The notes: generated by a model not told the origin, from the letters alone. Positions 1-14,025 are shown, counted from the first letter of the stretch. The stretch: DNA of 64,000 nucleotides from Eledone cirrhosa (GCA_964016885.1 OZ024740.1:338706001-338770000); one strand, 5' to 3'. A program made the numbers and translations.

Positions 1-3
1 CCC

Positions 4-348
4 CATATTAACTGTAAAACTAGAAATGTAGTGTATAGCATATGATGTACTGGAGGACAATGTAGAAACAAAAATATAGTGTACATAGGTGAGACAGCTC
101 GTAGTGAAGGGGAACGGATAAATGAACACTGGCGAGACCTTCAAGATAATAAAGAATCATCTGTACTCTACCAACATGCCAAGATAGAACACAAGGGTAA
201 ATTAGAGAACATAGAAATAAAAATAGAATCTACACACAGAAAAGATGCAATGTTTAGACAAATTACAGAGGCAATAAACATAAAAGAATTACAACCAAAA
301 TTAAATAGAAAATATGAGTGGAACAGCAACATCACAACTTACAATTAA
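4..348 (+). pseudogene. GIY-YIG endonuclease domain of Penelope-like element (5' partial, in-frame stop)
   Basis: VVY..YIG motif, CxxxxC, conserved R, H, E and terminal N residues. Confidence 0.85.
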
Positions 349-568
349 GGACAAAATGAAAACACACACACACATAGAACAAACAACCAACCAATAACAT
401 GTAAATAAATAAATAAATAAATAAATAAACAAATAGATAAATGAACATAAACACACACAGACACCCGGATGTGGCGCATGCGCAAACTGAGCACACAACA
501 CACACACAGAAACAAAATGGCGTAGGACAGAACAAAGGAGAGGCACAGAAACAAAGAAAGGAATCCCC

Positions 569-613
569 AGTCACTGAAGAGGTCACAGAGTGTGTGACGA
601 AAGGACTATGACT
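569..613 (+). ncRNA. Minimal type I hammerhead ribozyme
   Basis: agtca CTGAAGA g gtcaca gagtg tgtgac GAAA ggac TA tgact: stem I agtca/tgact, stem II 6 bp, vestigial stem III; lies 3' of the PLE ORF. Confidence 0.8.
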
Positions 614-754
614 ATATATAAACAACTATCTGGTTGTGGAACCAACCAACCAAACATAAATTTATAAATTTGTAAATTATAAATATATAATAAATTGAAG
701 TGAAAGCAACTGGTGCGTGTGTTTCTTATTGGCAACATGACCATCCCAAAGTAT

Positions 755-999
<245 letters not shown>

Positions 1000-1111
1000 T
1001 AAGAGGAATTCCAACTTTGTCTGATTTACTCGTTTTATTTACAATCCTTTAAAATATATCATGGTATTATAATGAAATAGTATGATAGAATATTAAATTC
1101 TAAGTGTTAGT

Positions 1112-1150
1112 TGAACAAGTACTTTCATGCTTTCGCAATCTTCAGGTTCA
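1112..1150 (-). ncRNA. Minimal type I hammerhead ribozyme
   Basis: Reverse complement: tgaac CTGAAGA t tgc gaaa gca t GAAA gtac TT gttca; palindromic stem III (AgtacT), GNRA loop II. Confidence 0.85.
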
Positions 1151-1177
1151 TAATATGTGGTGACAGTCGAGTATATG

Positions 1178-1262
<85 letters not shown>

Positions 1263-1293
1263 GTATATATATATATACATATATATATATATG

Positions 1294-1338
<45 letters not shown>

Positions 1339-1339
1339 G

Positions 1340-1816
1340 TGTACCCTTCACTCACTCATTCTCTGTTACTACCTCTCCTCCTCCTCCTTCTTCCCGTTTG
1401 ACCTGTGCGTAATTCTTTTCTTTCGCACCCTTGGTCTGGCAGGTCGTTCTTTTTCTCTCTCTCGTCTACGATTTCACAGAACTTACGTTCACCGAATTCA
1501 CAGACTAGACCCTTCTTCCTCCCGTTAGACCTGTACGGAATTCCTTCCTTGCTCACATTCCAACCAGGTTTGATGGTCTTTATTCTCTCTCGTTCACGAT
1601 TTCACCGAATTTATATTCATAGAAATTTGGGACTTGACTTCTTCTTCCTCACTTTTCGTTGCTTCACCATCTTTGTTTGTTTACACTCGTGTCCCCTTTA
1701 TTTACGTGTCCAAACGACTTTTTTTAGCCGTTGCTCGCACCAACCGGAGGTATATGGTCTTTAAAGCGATGAAATACCAATGATGGTTGGAAGATCACTG
1801 ATGAAGGACTAACTTT
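1340..1816 (+). mobile_element. Non-autonomous PLE-type element (pyrimidine-rich body) related to 33185-33545
   Basis: Shares blocks with 33185-33545 (cactc..ctctg.tact, tgacc.gtg.g.aattc, cgttgc.tcaccat) and the same terminal RNA motif; flanked by (TA)n on both sides. Confidence 0.65.
1735..1806 (+). ncRNA. Rearranged (non-circularly permuted) hammerhead ribozyme with kink-turn
   Basis: ccaacc gGA ggta TA tggtctt ..gcgat GAAA tacc aat GAt ggttgg aagatca CTGATGA a; stem III ggtaT/Atacc, stem I tggtctt/aagatca; covaries with the copy at 33440. Confidence 0.72.
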
Positions 1817-2335
<519 letters not shown>

Positions 2336-2352
2336 TAATAGGAACCAGTAAG

Positions 2353-2446
2353 ACCCCGACTGCTGAGCTCAAGCCGTTTCGACGGCTAATTCTGGACTAA
2401 ATGAAAATTTATCCTGGTATTTAAATAGCCGATCTTCTCAAGGGGT
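2353..2446 (-). ncRNA. Inverted copy of U3-A8 hammerhead
   Basis: Mirror arm of 2600-2693, with one stem III mismatch. Confidence 0.72.
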
Positions 2447-2599
2447 AATTCCATATATGGTCAAAGTGATTGTCAAAAATCAGTAGTAATTCTGTGGTTG
2501 CAAATTAGTAGGGGAGATGGTGGCTAAACCTCCCCTACTAATTTGCAACCACAGAATTACTACTGATTTTTGACAATCACTTTGACCATATATGGAATT

Positions 2600-2693
2600 A
2601 CCCCTTGAGAAGATCGGCTATTTAAATACCAGGATAAATTTTCATTTAGTCCAGAATTAGCCGTCGAAACGGCTTGAGCTCAGCTGTCGGGGT
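2600..2693 (+). ncRNA. Type I hammerhead with U3-A8 core variant
   Basis: acccc TTGAGAA gatcggcta..tagccgtc GAAA cggct tgagctc agctg TC ggggt. Confidence 0.78.
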
Positions 2694-2797
2694 CTTACTG
2701 GTTCCTATTACCCACTCTACTACCTCAAGTATTGAGTACTTTGGTGCGTTACGGTCCACCTGGTTCCTTACCACATTTCCTTCGTTATATATATATG

Positions 2798-2828
<31 letters not shown>

Positions 2829-2843
2829 GTGTATATATATATG

Positions 2844-2922
<79 letters not shown>

Positions 2923-2931
2923 GTATCTATC

Positions 2932-2964
<33 letters not shown>

Positions 2965-3027
2965 GTATCTATATATATATATGTGTATATATATATATAT
3001 GTATATATATGTATCTATATATATATA

Positions 3028-4905
3028 TTTTGCAAAAAAACACAAAATCACTGGCTCTACTGTTGGCCCTCTAATTGATGAAAATGGCACTCTTCAAGAC
3101 AATGCTAAAACCATGGGTGAGATACTGCAGAAACAATACTGCTCTGTTTTCAGCAATCCTGATATGGCCGATCTGGGCTGTATCGGCGATGTTACTCCCC
3201 ATTACACCTTATCGGACATAACGTTTGGCGCCCCTGATGTCTTAGCGGCAATAAAGGAAATCAAGCATAATTCAGCAGTAGGTCCCGATAGTTTCCCTGC
3301 TTGTGTCTTGAAGGCGTGTCAACACCAACTTGCATTTCCTCTTGCCAATCTGTGACGGAACTCACTGGATGCTGGATATGTGCCAGAAAACCTTCTATCC
3401 CAGTCTGTTGTCCCAGTTTTCAAAAAAGGGAAACAAATCCCTTGCCGTGAATTACCGTCCAATCTCACTCACCTCTCATATCATTAAGGTATTTGAGAGA
3501 GTGATGAGATCACGAATGACCCACTTCCTTGAGAGTAACAATATGCTGAACTCCAACCAGCATGGATTCCGTAATGGAAGGGATTGCCTGACGCAGCTAC
3601 TGCATCACTTTGATGACATTTTGAGAGCCTTGGGAGAGGGTTCCAACACTGATGTTATCTACCTTGATTTCAGCAAGGCCTTTGACAGGGTTGATCATAA
3701 CATTCTACTGAGAAAGCTGTCCAATATTGGTGTCACTGGAAAGCTGCTGCAGTGGATCAAGAGCTTCCTGTCAAATAGAACCCAACATGTTGTAGTTGAA
3801 GGAGTCAAATCCATCCCAGCCAAAGTCAGTAGTGGGGTCCCACATGGCACTGTGTTGGGCCCGCTTCTCTTCATCATCTATATTAATGACATCACTGACA
3901 TCATCAAACACAGCAACATTAACATTTTCGCTGATGATTCCAAGCTCCAAAAGGTCATCAATGGCGTGGATGACCGGATAAGCCTTCAGTCAGACCTACT
4001 GGCTGTTACCCAATGGGCGGAAAAGAACAACATGTTACTGAACGAAGACAAATTCGAACTGATCCACTTTGGAAAAGAGGATGCTCTGAAACTCCCGTAC
4101 TCCCTTCCCTCCGGTGAAACTCTCGTGGCATCTAACAACATCAGAGACTTGGGAGTAACCGTGGACAGCAACATAAGCTGGGCCACGCATATAAGCAGCA
4201 AAGTTGACATGGCCCGCAGAATGTGTTCCTGGATCCTCAGAACCTTCCAGTCGAGAGATTCCCACACCATTATCCTTCTCTTCTCTACTTTTTCCCGACC
4301 ACACCTTGAATACTGTTGTCCACTGTGGTCTCCCCACACGAAACAAAGTATCATGAAACTTGAAGCTCCTCAAAGGGCAATCACGAAAAAGATAGATGGC
4401 ATGTCAGACCTTGACTACTGGGGTCGACTAGAAAACCTGAAACTTTACTCACTCCAACGTCGCCGTGAGCGTTATATTATCTGCATGATGTGGAAAATGT
4501 TCCATCATCACTGCCCAAATGATGTTGGCATCGCCTTCAAGATACACCCAAGGCTTGGGCCCCGTGCTATCCGTCCCATTCAAAAATCTAAATCGCAACT
4601 CATAACAACAATACGGCACAATTATTTCACCTCAATCGGCCCTGCTCTCTTCAACATCACACCAGGACACGTCAAAACAGAAACTGACCACACAAAATTC
4701 AAGAAGTCTTTGGACAAATTCCTCCAAGTAATCCCGGACAAACCACCCACACCCGGATATGTCTCCGCAAACAGTAATTCTCTTCTCGAATGGGCCATGG
4801 TGCCCAAATCCTGAATTGAAAGACTTCGCCAGGTGGTGCTATTAAGTTAGACATGGCCTGGGCCAATACTGGCCAAAACATTTCAAAGTTATTTCAAAGT
4901 TATTA
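3028..4905 (+). mobile_element. 5'-truncated LINE (CR1/L2-like) reverse transcriptase, pseudogenised
   Basis: NYRPISLTS, QHGFR, YLDFSKAFD, SGVPHGTVLGPLLF, FADD, RDLGV, PHLEY, LQRRR motifs; TGA at 3353-3355 and a frameshift near 3425; flanked by (TA)n. Confidence 0.93.
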
Positions 4906-4945
<40 letters not shown>

Positions 4946-5069
4946 GGAGGTGAGTTTTATTGTAGTACAATAAAGCAATGCAGATATCGGATAAGAAGCA
5001 CTCTACAGTTTGTAGGACTGGAGTATACATAATATATAAGAAAAAAAGAAGGTTAAAAGAGTTCCATGT

Positions 5070-5138
5070 ATTTTATTATGCGCATTTCAAAAACAAATAT
5101 CATCATGCAATAACATTTGTGTTTTCATCAGATAAAAT
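5070..5138 (-). ncRNA. Type I hammerhead ribozyme
   Basis: Reverse complement: attttat CTGATGA aaacacaaat..atttgttttt GAAA tgcgca TA ataaaat; palindromic stem III. Confidence 0.85.
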
Positions 5139-5363
5139 AGGAAGACATGATATGAAGGTTAAAAACACTTGTGAATAGTGCAGTTTTAAATCAACATATA
5201 AAAAGTAGTTTTAGATTGATGTGTGATATTGGGAAAAACATTTTTGAGGGGGGGGGTGAAAAAGAGGAGGAGATGAGAGTAAAAAGTAGAGGGGGAGGAG
5301 CTTAATGAGAAAGGATGAGATAGGAGGAGAGATGGGTGATAGTGAGAGAGAGATAGCTTTTAT

Positions 5364-5698
5364 AACTGAGAAAAATATATTGTTTTACATAGAGAGGTTG
5401 AAAAACCGTTGGAAGATAATATATAAATTAAAAGAATTTGAAAATTAACGAAGAGAAAAATAATGTTAAGTTAAGGTTTGTATATTGAAGGGTTTAATAA
5501 TATGTGCGAAATATATTCTTAATACATATTAACAATTTCTTTTCATCGCACATATTATTAAACCCTTAAATATACAAACCTTAACTTCACATTAATCTAA
5601 ATTTTTCTCTTCGTTAATTTTCAAATTCTTTTAATTTATATATTATCTTCCAACGCTTTTTCAACCTCTCTATGTAAAACAATATATTTTTCTCAGTT
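5364..5698. repeat. Fold-back inverted repeat (~145-bp arms)
   Basis: aactgagaaaaatatattg..tgtgcga mirrored by tcgcaca..tatatttttctcagtt. Confidence 0.9.
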
Positions 5699-5809
5699 TT
5701 AACATTGAAATATGTTGAAATACGTTGAATAAAACATTACTTTATGTATTATTTGTCATCCTTCGTCCGTTATATACGTGGTAAACTCATCAGAGAGTCA
5801 TTTATGTCA

Positions 5810-6850
5810 CGCCGATCAACACAAAACTTTAATCTCCCTTAAAGTAGGATCCTCTAAATTCAATGCTCTTGTAGCGTTCCAGCCATTTCTGGAAGGCTCC
5901 CTTGTAGCCCTCCAAAGAGAAGTTGTCCAGGTCGCTTGTCACACCCTCTTTCATCCTCAAAGCGGATACACCTGAGCTTCTCCTTCAGCTTCGGGAACAT
6001 TCAGAAATCGCATGCGACTACGTCTGGACGGTAGGGAGGATGAGGGACAGTTTTGATCCTCATATCGGTCAAGTAGTTGCTCACCAGGATGGATTTGTAG
6101 CAAGGGGCATTGTTCTGGTGTAGGTGACACTGACTAGACTTGAAGAGTTCTGGTCTCTTGCGACGAAATCTCTTTCTGAACGCCCTCAAAACCTCTATAT
6201 AGTACTGTTTGTTGACTATCGGGTCGTTGGGAACCCAGTGAATGTAGATGATGCCCTTGCTGTCGAAGAATGGGATTACTATGCGCTTGCTAGTGGACCT
6301 GTTGCCTGGGCTTCTTGGGTCTTGAGGAGTCAGAACGTTTCCACTGAGCTCTCTGTCTCTTAGTCTCCAGATTATAACAACAGACCCAGCTCTCGTCACA
6401 GGTTACTAGAGACTCAAGAACACTTGGATTTGAAGCGATCCACTCGGCCATCTCCTTGCTGTCATTAACACACCTCTGCCTTTTATCTTCATTGCGCACC
6501 CTGGGAACAAACTTTGCTCAAAATTTGCGCATGTTCAGATCGTCATGAATGACTCTGTACACGGTGCCCACAGCCATCTGATTGTTTAGCAATCGTCGGA
6601 AGCCATCCACGACAGTCCTCGACCAGACATTTGCGAATTTTGTCGACCAACTTTGGCGTCCTGGTGTCCCTCTTCCTGCCACATCTCTCGTCGTCCCTCA
6701 CCTGCACCCTGTCTTCCTGGAATCTCTTGTGCTAGCGTAAAACAGTCACCTGGTTCATGAAAGTTCATCTGTAGCCAGTTTTGACCATCTCATAAGTCTC
6801 TGCACCGTTTTTGCCGAGCTTGACACAAAACTTTATTGTATATTGAGCCT
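5810..6850 (-). mobile_element. Degenerate mariner (Tc1/mariner) transposase
   Basis: VTCDESW, FFDSKGII, LHQNNAP, HPPYRPDVVACDF motifs spread over shifted frames; ends approximate. Confidence 0.9.
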
Positions 6851-7542
6851 CCAAGCCAAGTTGTCCAAACGTATACATACAGGTATTAAATTAAAAAAAT
6901 TCTAACAATCCTAAAAGTAAATGCTTAGCTGAGGGCTCAAGTAAATTGCTTCGGCCGTCGCTGGTGGCTCAACCCCCATCAACTCCACTGCAGGAGACCC
7001 GGGACAATTGCCCGCTTTGCCCCCGCCCCCTATTCAATCCGGCCTTGTGTGTCAGTATGTAGCGCTTATTTGCCCGTTCCTTTATTTCTGTTTGTTTATT
7101 GCCGTATTTGGTGTCAATTTTACAATTTTATATATTCATATTTTATTTCACGTTGCTCCTTCTACCTGGAGTTGTGACCGATAGATAGTATTAACAATTG
7201 GAAAGACCAACGGAAACATTGTTTCCTCAGTCCGATCTGACGAAAGTCGATCGACTGTCGATATACTCATATAGATATTTTTAAAACTAGAATTAGAAGT
7301 TTTGAACGTATTTTGAGTATAGAAAATAGTCTAACATGACATGTGGATTTCCCAATACGGAATAAAATGGGTATCAGCATGCGCGGGAATCGAATCCACA
7401 CTTCTTATTATCTAGATAAGTTTGTAAGACAGTTTACACCAACGGGATTTCAATTTATTTTCTGTGGTCAAAATAAGGTGAGGGCTTCTAATTCTATTTT
7501 CACAAATGTTCAATCCCCGTTGTATTGTAAATCACACGTGAT

Positions 7543-7572
7543 TACACACACACACACATGCACATACACACG

Positions 7573-7666
<94 letters not shown>

Positions 7667-7691
7667 TAGACACACGCACAGACACATAGAC

Positions 7692-7748
<57 letters not shown>

Positions 7749-7784
7749 AATATATATATAATTTATAATTAAATTAGTTAGTAT

Positions 7785-7816
<32 letters not shown>

Positions 7817-7890
7817 AATATATATAATTTATAATTAAATTAGTTAGTATCACACACACACACACAGACATATATATATATATATATGGC
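7543..7890. repeat. (CA)n/(TA)n microsatellite with duplicated spacer
   Basis: aatttataattaaattagttagtat occurs twice between tracts. Confidence 0.9.
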
Positions 7891-8074
7891 AAACTACAGA
7901 AACAGTACTAAATACATATGGCAGGGTATGTTAATTTTATGAATCATGTGATTCAAACCATCATTTCTAGCTCGATGCATTCTTTCAAGCTCCTTATCGA
8001 AAGTTATCGAGGGAGAAACTTTAAGTAGCGACAGAGTGAATCACCAAGATAGACGCACACAAACATAAACACAT

Positions 8075-8123
<49 letters not shown>

Positions 8124-8252
8124 TATACACACAACACACACACACACATATATATATACACATATATATATATACACAACACACATATATATATATATAT
8201 ATAGAGGGAATGGTATATATTTTAGCTAATAATTCTAAGGACATAATTTATG

Positions 8253-8285
<33 letters not shown>

Positions 8286-8475
8286 GGAAAAGGTATGACC
8301 CCGACGACAGAGCTCAAGCCGTTTCGACGGCTATTTCTGGAAATAGCCGTCGAAACGGCTTGAGCTCTGCTGTCGGGGTCATACTTTTTCCTATTTCCCA
8401 CTCTACTATTCTAAGTAATGAGTACTCTGGTGCGTTATGGTCCATCTGGTTCCTTACCACAATTCCTTTGTTATA
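8286..8475 (+). mobile_element. Member of 2336-2787 family, folded back inside hammerhead stem II
   Basis: gtttcgacggctatttc tg gaaatagccgtcgaaac palindrome followed by the family 3' end. Confidence 0.8.
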
Positions 8476-8483
8476 TTTCTCTC

Positions 8484-8572
<89 letters not shown>

Positions 8573-8659
8573 GTATATATATATATACACACATATATAT
8601 ATATATATGTATATATATGTATATATATATATATGTGTGTATATATATATATATATTTA

Positions 8660-8729
<70 letters not shown>

Positions 8730-8739
8730 AAAAACGTAA

Positions 8740-8932
8740 AATAAGAAAATTATAAAAATTAACTTACTTACTAAAATTTCACTCCAACTAATTAGTTTCT
8801 GAATGGGAATAAACATGGTTTCCGAATGGAACATGGAAAATACCTTTCGTCATCAGGAAGACAAATCCTATATATTTGCTAGCATAGGTATGCATCTGTA
8901 TAAATATGTTGGTAGATTTACTAATTCTTTAT
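8740..8932 (-). mobile_element. Short element with degenerate hammerhead, related to 12370-12620
   Basis: Reverse complement CTGATGA cgaa..ttcg GAAA ccatgtt TA; homologous to CTGACGA cggaa..ttcg GAAA atatatt TA at 12376. Stem I pairing is poor in both. Confidence 0.5.
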
Positions 8933-9030
8933 ATATATATATATATATATAACCCCATTATCAGGCTAAAATTCCTTTAGTCAAAAATACGGTGAAAGCT
9001 ATTCTATTTTCTAATATATATATATATATA

Positions 9031-9157
<127 letters not shown>

Positions 9158-9304
9158 TTATTTATATATATATATATTTATATATATATATATATATATA
9201 TAACGAAGGAAATGTGGTAAGGAACCAGGTGGACCATAACGCACCAAAGTACTCAATACTTAGGGTAGTAGAGTGGGTAATAGGAACGAGTAGGACCCCG
9301 ACGG

Positions 9305-9798
<494 letters not shown>

Positions 9799-9800
9799 TG

Positions 9801-9832
<32 letters not shown>

Positions 9833-9842
9833 TATAAATATG

Positions 9843-9874
<32 letters not shown>

Positions 9875-9902
9875 AATATGTATATATATGTATATATATA
9901 TG

Positions 9903-9933
<31 letters not shown>

Positions 9934-9934
9934 G

Positions 9935-9966
<32 letters not shown>

Positions 9967-9976
9967 AATATGTATA

Positions 9977-10022
<46 letters not shown>

Positions 10023-10040
10023 TGTATATATATGTATATA

Positions 10041-10082
<42 letters not shown>

Positions 10083-10100
10083 TGTATATATATGTATATA

Positions 10101-10141
<41 letters not shown>

Positions 10142-10145
<4 letters not shown>

Positions 10146-10501
10146 ACTTAGAGTTTACACTCAATGGGGTCATTTACAATCATTTCAGCTCTAAGAATCG
10201 CTTCTGAGCAGAATAAGTTCTGACCGATCTGCGGAAAAAGTTTGTATTTTGAAATTTAAACGTGTCTAGGTACCAAGGCTTTTTGCCCATATGAGTTTGT
10301 GAGTATTGATCTATTACTTTTTAGATTGTACAGGCAAACTTTATGTTGTTGAATTAATATATATCATAGTAACGATTTTATTAGTCAATTGCAACTAAAA
10401 CATGTAAATGTTCATCAAATATTAATTTATTCTGCTCAGAAGCGATTCTTAGAGCTGAAATGATTGTAAATGACCCCATTGAGTGTAAACTCTAAGTTAT
10501 A
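10142..10501. repeat. 75-bp inverted repeats with ~210-bp spacer
   Basis: taacttagagtttacactc..ctgagcagaataa mirrored at 10427-10500. Confidence 0.9.
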
Positions 10502-11094
10502 TTATATTACTGCTCCCCCAGATGAGCTGAATTTGTAATCCCATATAAACGGCTGTTATTTCTAGCACTATGTGTGGGACGTTAGCGGACTGGAATAAGC
10601 CGTATAATAAAATATACACCACTTCAACATACATACCCACACGAGCAAAAAAATATAGAGGAATCATATTGTAAGAAGGTCGAATGCATCTGCACATACA
10701 TATCATCGCCAGTGATAGACTCGGAGACACTGCCACTAGTTCTGCACCACTTCACACACATGCTAGATTAATAACAATCCTACATGCCTACCCACCTTAT
10801 CTCTGAGAAGCTTTTCCCTGTTTTCCCCTCAACCTTTCGAACCTCCTTTCTCTCTCCTAACTTTACTCTTTTCTGATGAAGGTATAAACTCCGATACGTT
10901 GAGACATTCTTTTTCCGTTTCCTACAAGTGGGAAACTAATACGACTGTTCTTTGTGTTCGTCTTTTCCTTATAATCTTGAAGTAAATATATATGCGTGTG
11001 TGTATGTGTTTGCACGTATATGTGTGCATATATATGTATATATACGTATATGTGTGTATGTATATATATATGTATGTATATACATGTATGTATG

Positions 11095-11125
<31 letters not shown>

Positions 11126-11247
11126 ATGTATGTGTACCGGTCCCTCTCTCAATATATATCTATATATATATGTGTGTGTATGTGTGTATGTGTGTGCGTG
11201 TGTGTGTGTGTATGTGTGTGTGTGCGTGTGTGTGGGTATGTGGGTGT

Positions 11248-11311
<64 letters not shown>

Positions 11312-11819
11312 ATGTGTGAGAGTGTGTGTACGTGTATGTCTGTGTATTTGTGTATAACATCCTTCTTCTCTATATATCTATTATCTATCATAATCCCCTA
11401 TCTTGTCTCTCTTTATCTTAGTTATTTCTACGTACTTTCACACATATCACAGAGAGTTCTATTTTGGGTGTTCATTAAAAGAAATTCATGTAAATTAATG
11501 GCAGGTCAAAATAAGTTCAGACAGTTGGTCTCGAATTAGAACGATGAGGAAATTTCACTGCTGGAGTGTTTGATACAGGGGAAAAATATATGTTAATATT
11601 AACTGACATCACACGCTACAGGATTCCACAAAAACTAAACCAATATGTATTATCACACTTACATGATGCTCATTTATGAGATTACTTATCACATTAAGAC
11701 GTCGGCTGTATGAAATCTTCTACGTATGAATTATTTACCATAGAAGGGCAGACACGCAAACGCCATCCTTAGCTAGATTTTACACATTTTCGTCTACATC
11801 GTGTATCTGGATTTCTTGC

Positions 11820-11860
<41 letters not shown>

Positions 11861-11864
<4 letters not shown>

Positions 11865-12021
11865 CAAGGCCAGCAATTACCAGTACTTTATTTCATCGAC
11901 CCCATAAGAATGAAAGGCAAAGTAAACTTTGGCGGGATTTGAACTCAGATCATAAAGAGGCGTAACTCTGTGCTGCAAAACATAGCGTCCGACCCTCTAC
12001 CGATACTGCCAATCCACCGCC
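11861..12021 (-). mobile_element. tRNA-derived SINE family A
   Basis: Homologous to 31750-31935 and others; B-box-like gagttcaaatccc. Confidence 0.85.
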
Positions 12022-12616
12022 CTATTGAGGACCGAGTATATTAGATTACCGATATAAAAGACACAGAAGCGAGAAGCGAAAACCAACCAAACAGTGAGTG
12101 TGTTCTGTTATTAATTCTGGCAATATTACACAAATATGACCCTCCCCAAGTATAACAATATATATATATATATATTAGCAAACCACTTTCCACTGATTGA
12201 CCTCGATGTCACGTGATTGATTCTTTTTGAATTTGCCACCGACGCAGAGGCAGTGATTTTCTCAATGGCTAGGAATTCAGTCCACACTTTGCTATTTTCT
12301 ATCCACTGAATTATTTTTTAATAAGTTTCCAGTGTCCACGCTTTGCCTGGATACTTAGATGAGAATAGTCTTCCCTGACGACGGAATGATTCTATGTATT
12401 TTCTTCGGAAAATATATTTATTCCATTCCAGAAACTAATTAGATGGAAGTGATATTTTAGTAAGTAAGTTAATTTTATAATTTTCTTATTTTACGTCTCT
12501 CATATTATTGTTCTGCAACCCCATGCTTTGAACCACAAAGTTACTAAGACAAAACCTATATATTTGCTAGCATTGATATGCATCTGGATGTATATATATG
12601 TTACTAGATATTAATT

Positions 12617-12678
<62 letters not shown>

Positions 12679-12709
12679 AAATGTGTGTAATCCTTGGTAC
12701 AGTTAGGTA

Positions 12710-13082
12710 TATTAAGACAGGGGGGAAGAAAAAAATGGCTTCACTTGTGCTTTCAGCGTGAAAAGTCTTTCTAAAAACGAAACAATACCTCCTACGTTAA
12801 CCAAGAACTCCTAAGACCTAACCAACAACCAACGACTTAATTTATAAAAAAATGTTTAATCTGGAAAAAAATTCTTTTGGGATTTTGTGAAGAAAATAAA
12901 TTTGTTGAAAGCGCAAGTGAAGCCATTTTTTTCTTCCCCCCTGTCTTAATATATATACCATAAAGAGAGACGAACACAGATATACATATATGCGTTCAAA
13001 TCACAAGAGATTTGATGCGTTCAAATCCCTTGTGATTTGAATGGATATATGTATGAATCTAGGTTCGTCTCTCTTTATGGTA
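12710..13082. repeat. Two adjacent inverted-repeat structures (12710-12950; 12958-13082)
   Basis: tattaagacagggggg..ctttca / tgaaag..cccccctgtcttaata; accataaagagagacgaac / gttcgtctctctttatggt. Confidence 0.85.
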
Positions 13083-13159
13083 TTATTAGGCTCGGAAAAT
13101 ATTTTCCTGGAGCTACTTTGATTAAAAGGGACTAATTTGAGTTTTTAACTCAATATATA

Positions 13160-13202
<43 letters not shown>

Positions 13203-13274
13203 GACAGCCTCCAAAAATAATGGTCGCTTATAATAGGGTACGTCAAAATTATTTATAAAACTGTTTATATATTG

Positions 13275-13339
13275 TATTTTATCTGACGAAGGCATGCCAT
13301 ATTTTAATTTGGTATCCCTGAAATATGTATAATGAAATA
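13275..13339 (+). ncRNA. Type I hammerhead ribozyme
   Basis: tattttat CTGACGA aggcatgcca..tggtatccct GAAA tatgta TA atgaaata; 8-bp stem I. Confidence 0.82.
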
Positions 13340-13399
13340 AATATGGTTTTATAAATATAGTTTCCATTTATTTAATAACGTATATATATATATATATAT

Positions 13400-13601
13400 A
13401 TAACAGAGAAAGTGTGGTAAGGAACCAGGTGTACCATAACGCACCAGAGTATTCGATACTTAGGGTAGTAGAGTGGGTAGTAGGAAAAGAGTCAGGACCC
13501 CGACGGCTGAGCTCCGGCCGTTTCGACAGCTAGATCTGAACTTTTCAGATCTAGCTGTCGAAACGACCGGAGCTCAGCCGTCGGGGTCCTGACTCTTTTC
13601 C
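13400..13601 (-). mobile_element. Member of 2336-2787 family with fold-back in stem II
   Basis: tttcgacagctagatctgaa cttt tcagatctagctgtcgaaa palindrome. Confidence 0.8.
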
Positions 13602-13616
13602 TATATATATATATAC

Positions 13617-13717
<101 letters not shown>

Positions 13718-13986
13718 CGTACGTGTGTGCGTGTGTGTGTGTGTGTGTATATGTGTGGCGGGGTGGGGTGGGGGGTAAGGAGAGAGAGAGAGAAATGGTG
13801 TTTAAATAGGATAAATGGGGAGAAAATGTTCACTTAACCGAGACTATCTTCGCAATTTCAAAACCGAGACTTACTTTAGAGTTATTCATGCAAAGAAATG
13901 AGTGAACTCCTGTAGCCTAAGATGGCCATAGTTTTGGGAACAATTTAAAACAATGACATGTGAGTGGAAATTGAATATAAACCAAC

Positions 13987-14025
13987 TTGCTGACATGTTT
14001 CGATCTTATTAGATCTCGTCAGCAA
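13987..14025 (-). ncRNA. Minimal hammerhead ribozyme
   Basis: Reverse complement: ttg CTGACGA gatct aata agatc GAAA catg TC agcaa; related degenerate copy at 45240-45277. Confidence 0.75.

Larger units (their letters stand above)
2336..2787 (+). mobile_element. Short PLE-type element with ~375-bp fold-back palindrome (2336-2710, centre ~2523)
   Basis: Near-perfect inverted arms; family members also at 8286-8475, 9200-9307, 13400-13601, 17090-17200, 21400-21556, 21680-21873. Confidence 0.8.

Noticed and set aside
43-45. In-frame TGA as selenocysteine in the PLE ORF
   Set aside because: It is not at an obvious Cys position and no SECIS was found; simple nonsense decay is more likely.
10868-10905. 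Decayed hammerhead-like motifs here and at ~5760, 7195, 7238, 14405, 15255, 15375, 22222, 22895, 39293, 44057, 44520, 48680, 49654
   Set aside because: Each has core mutations or missing stems; probably relics, but not individually supportable.
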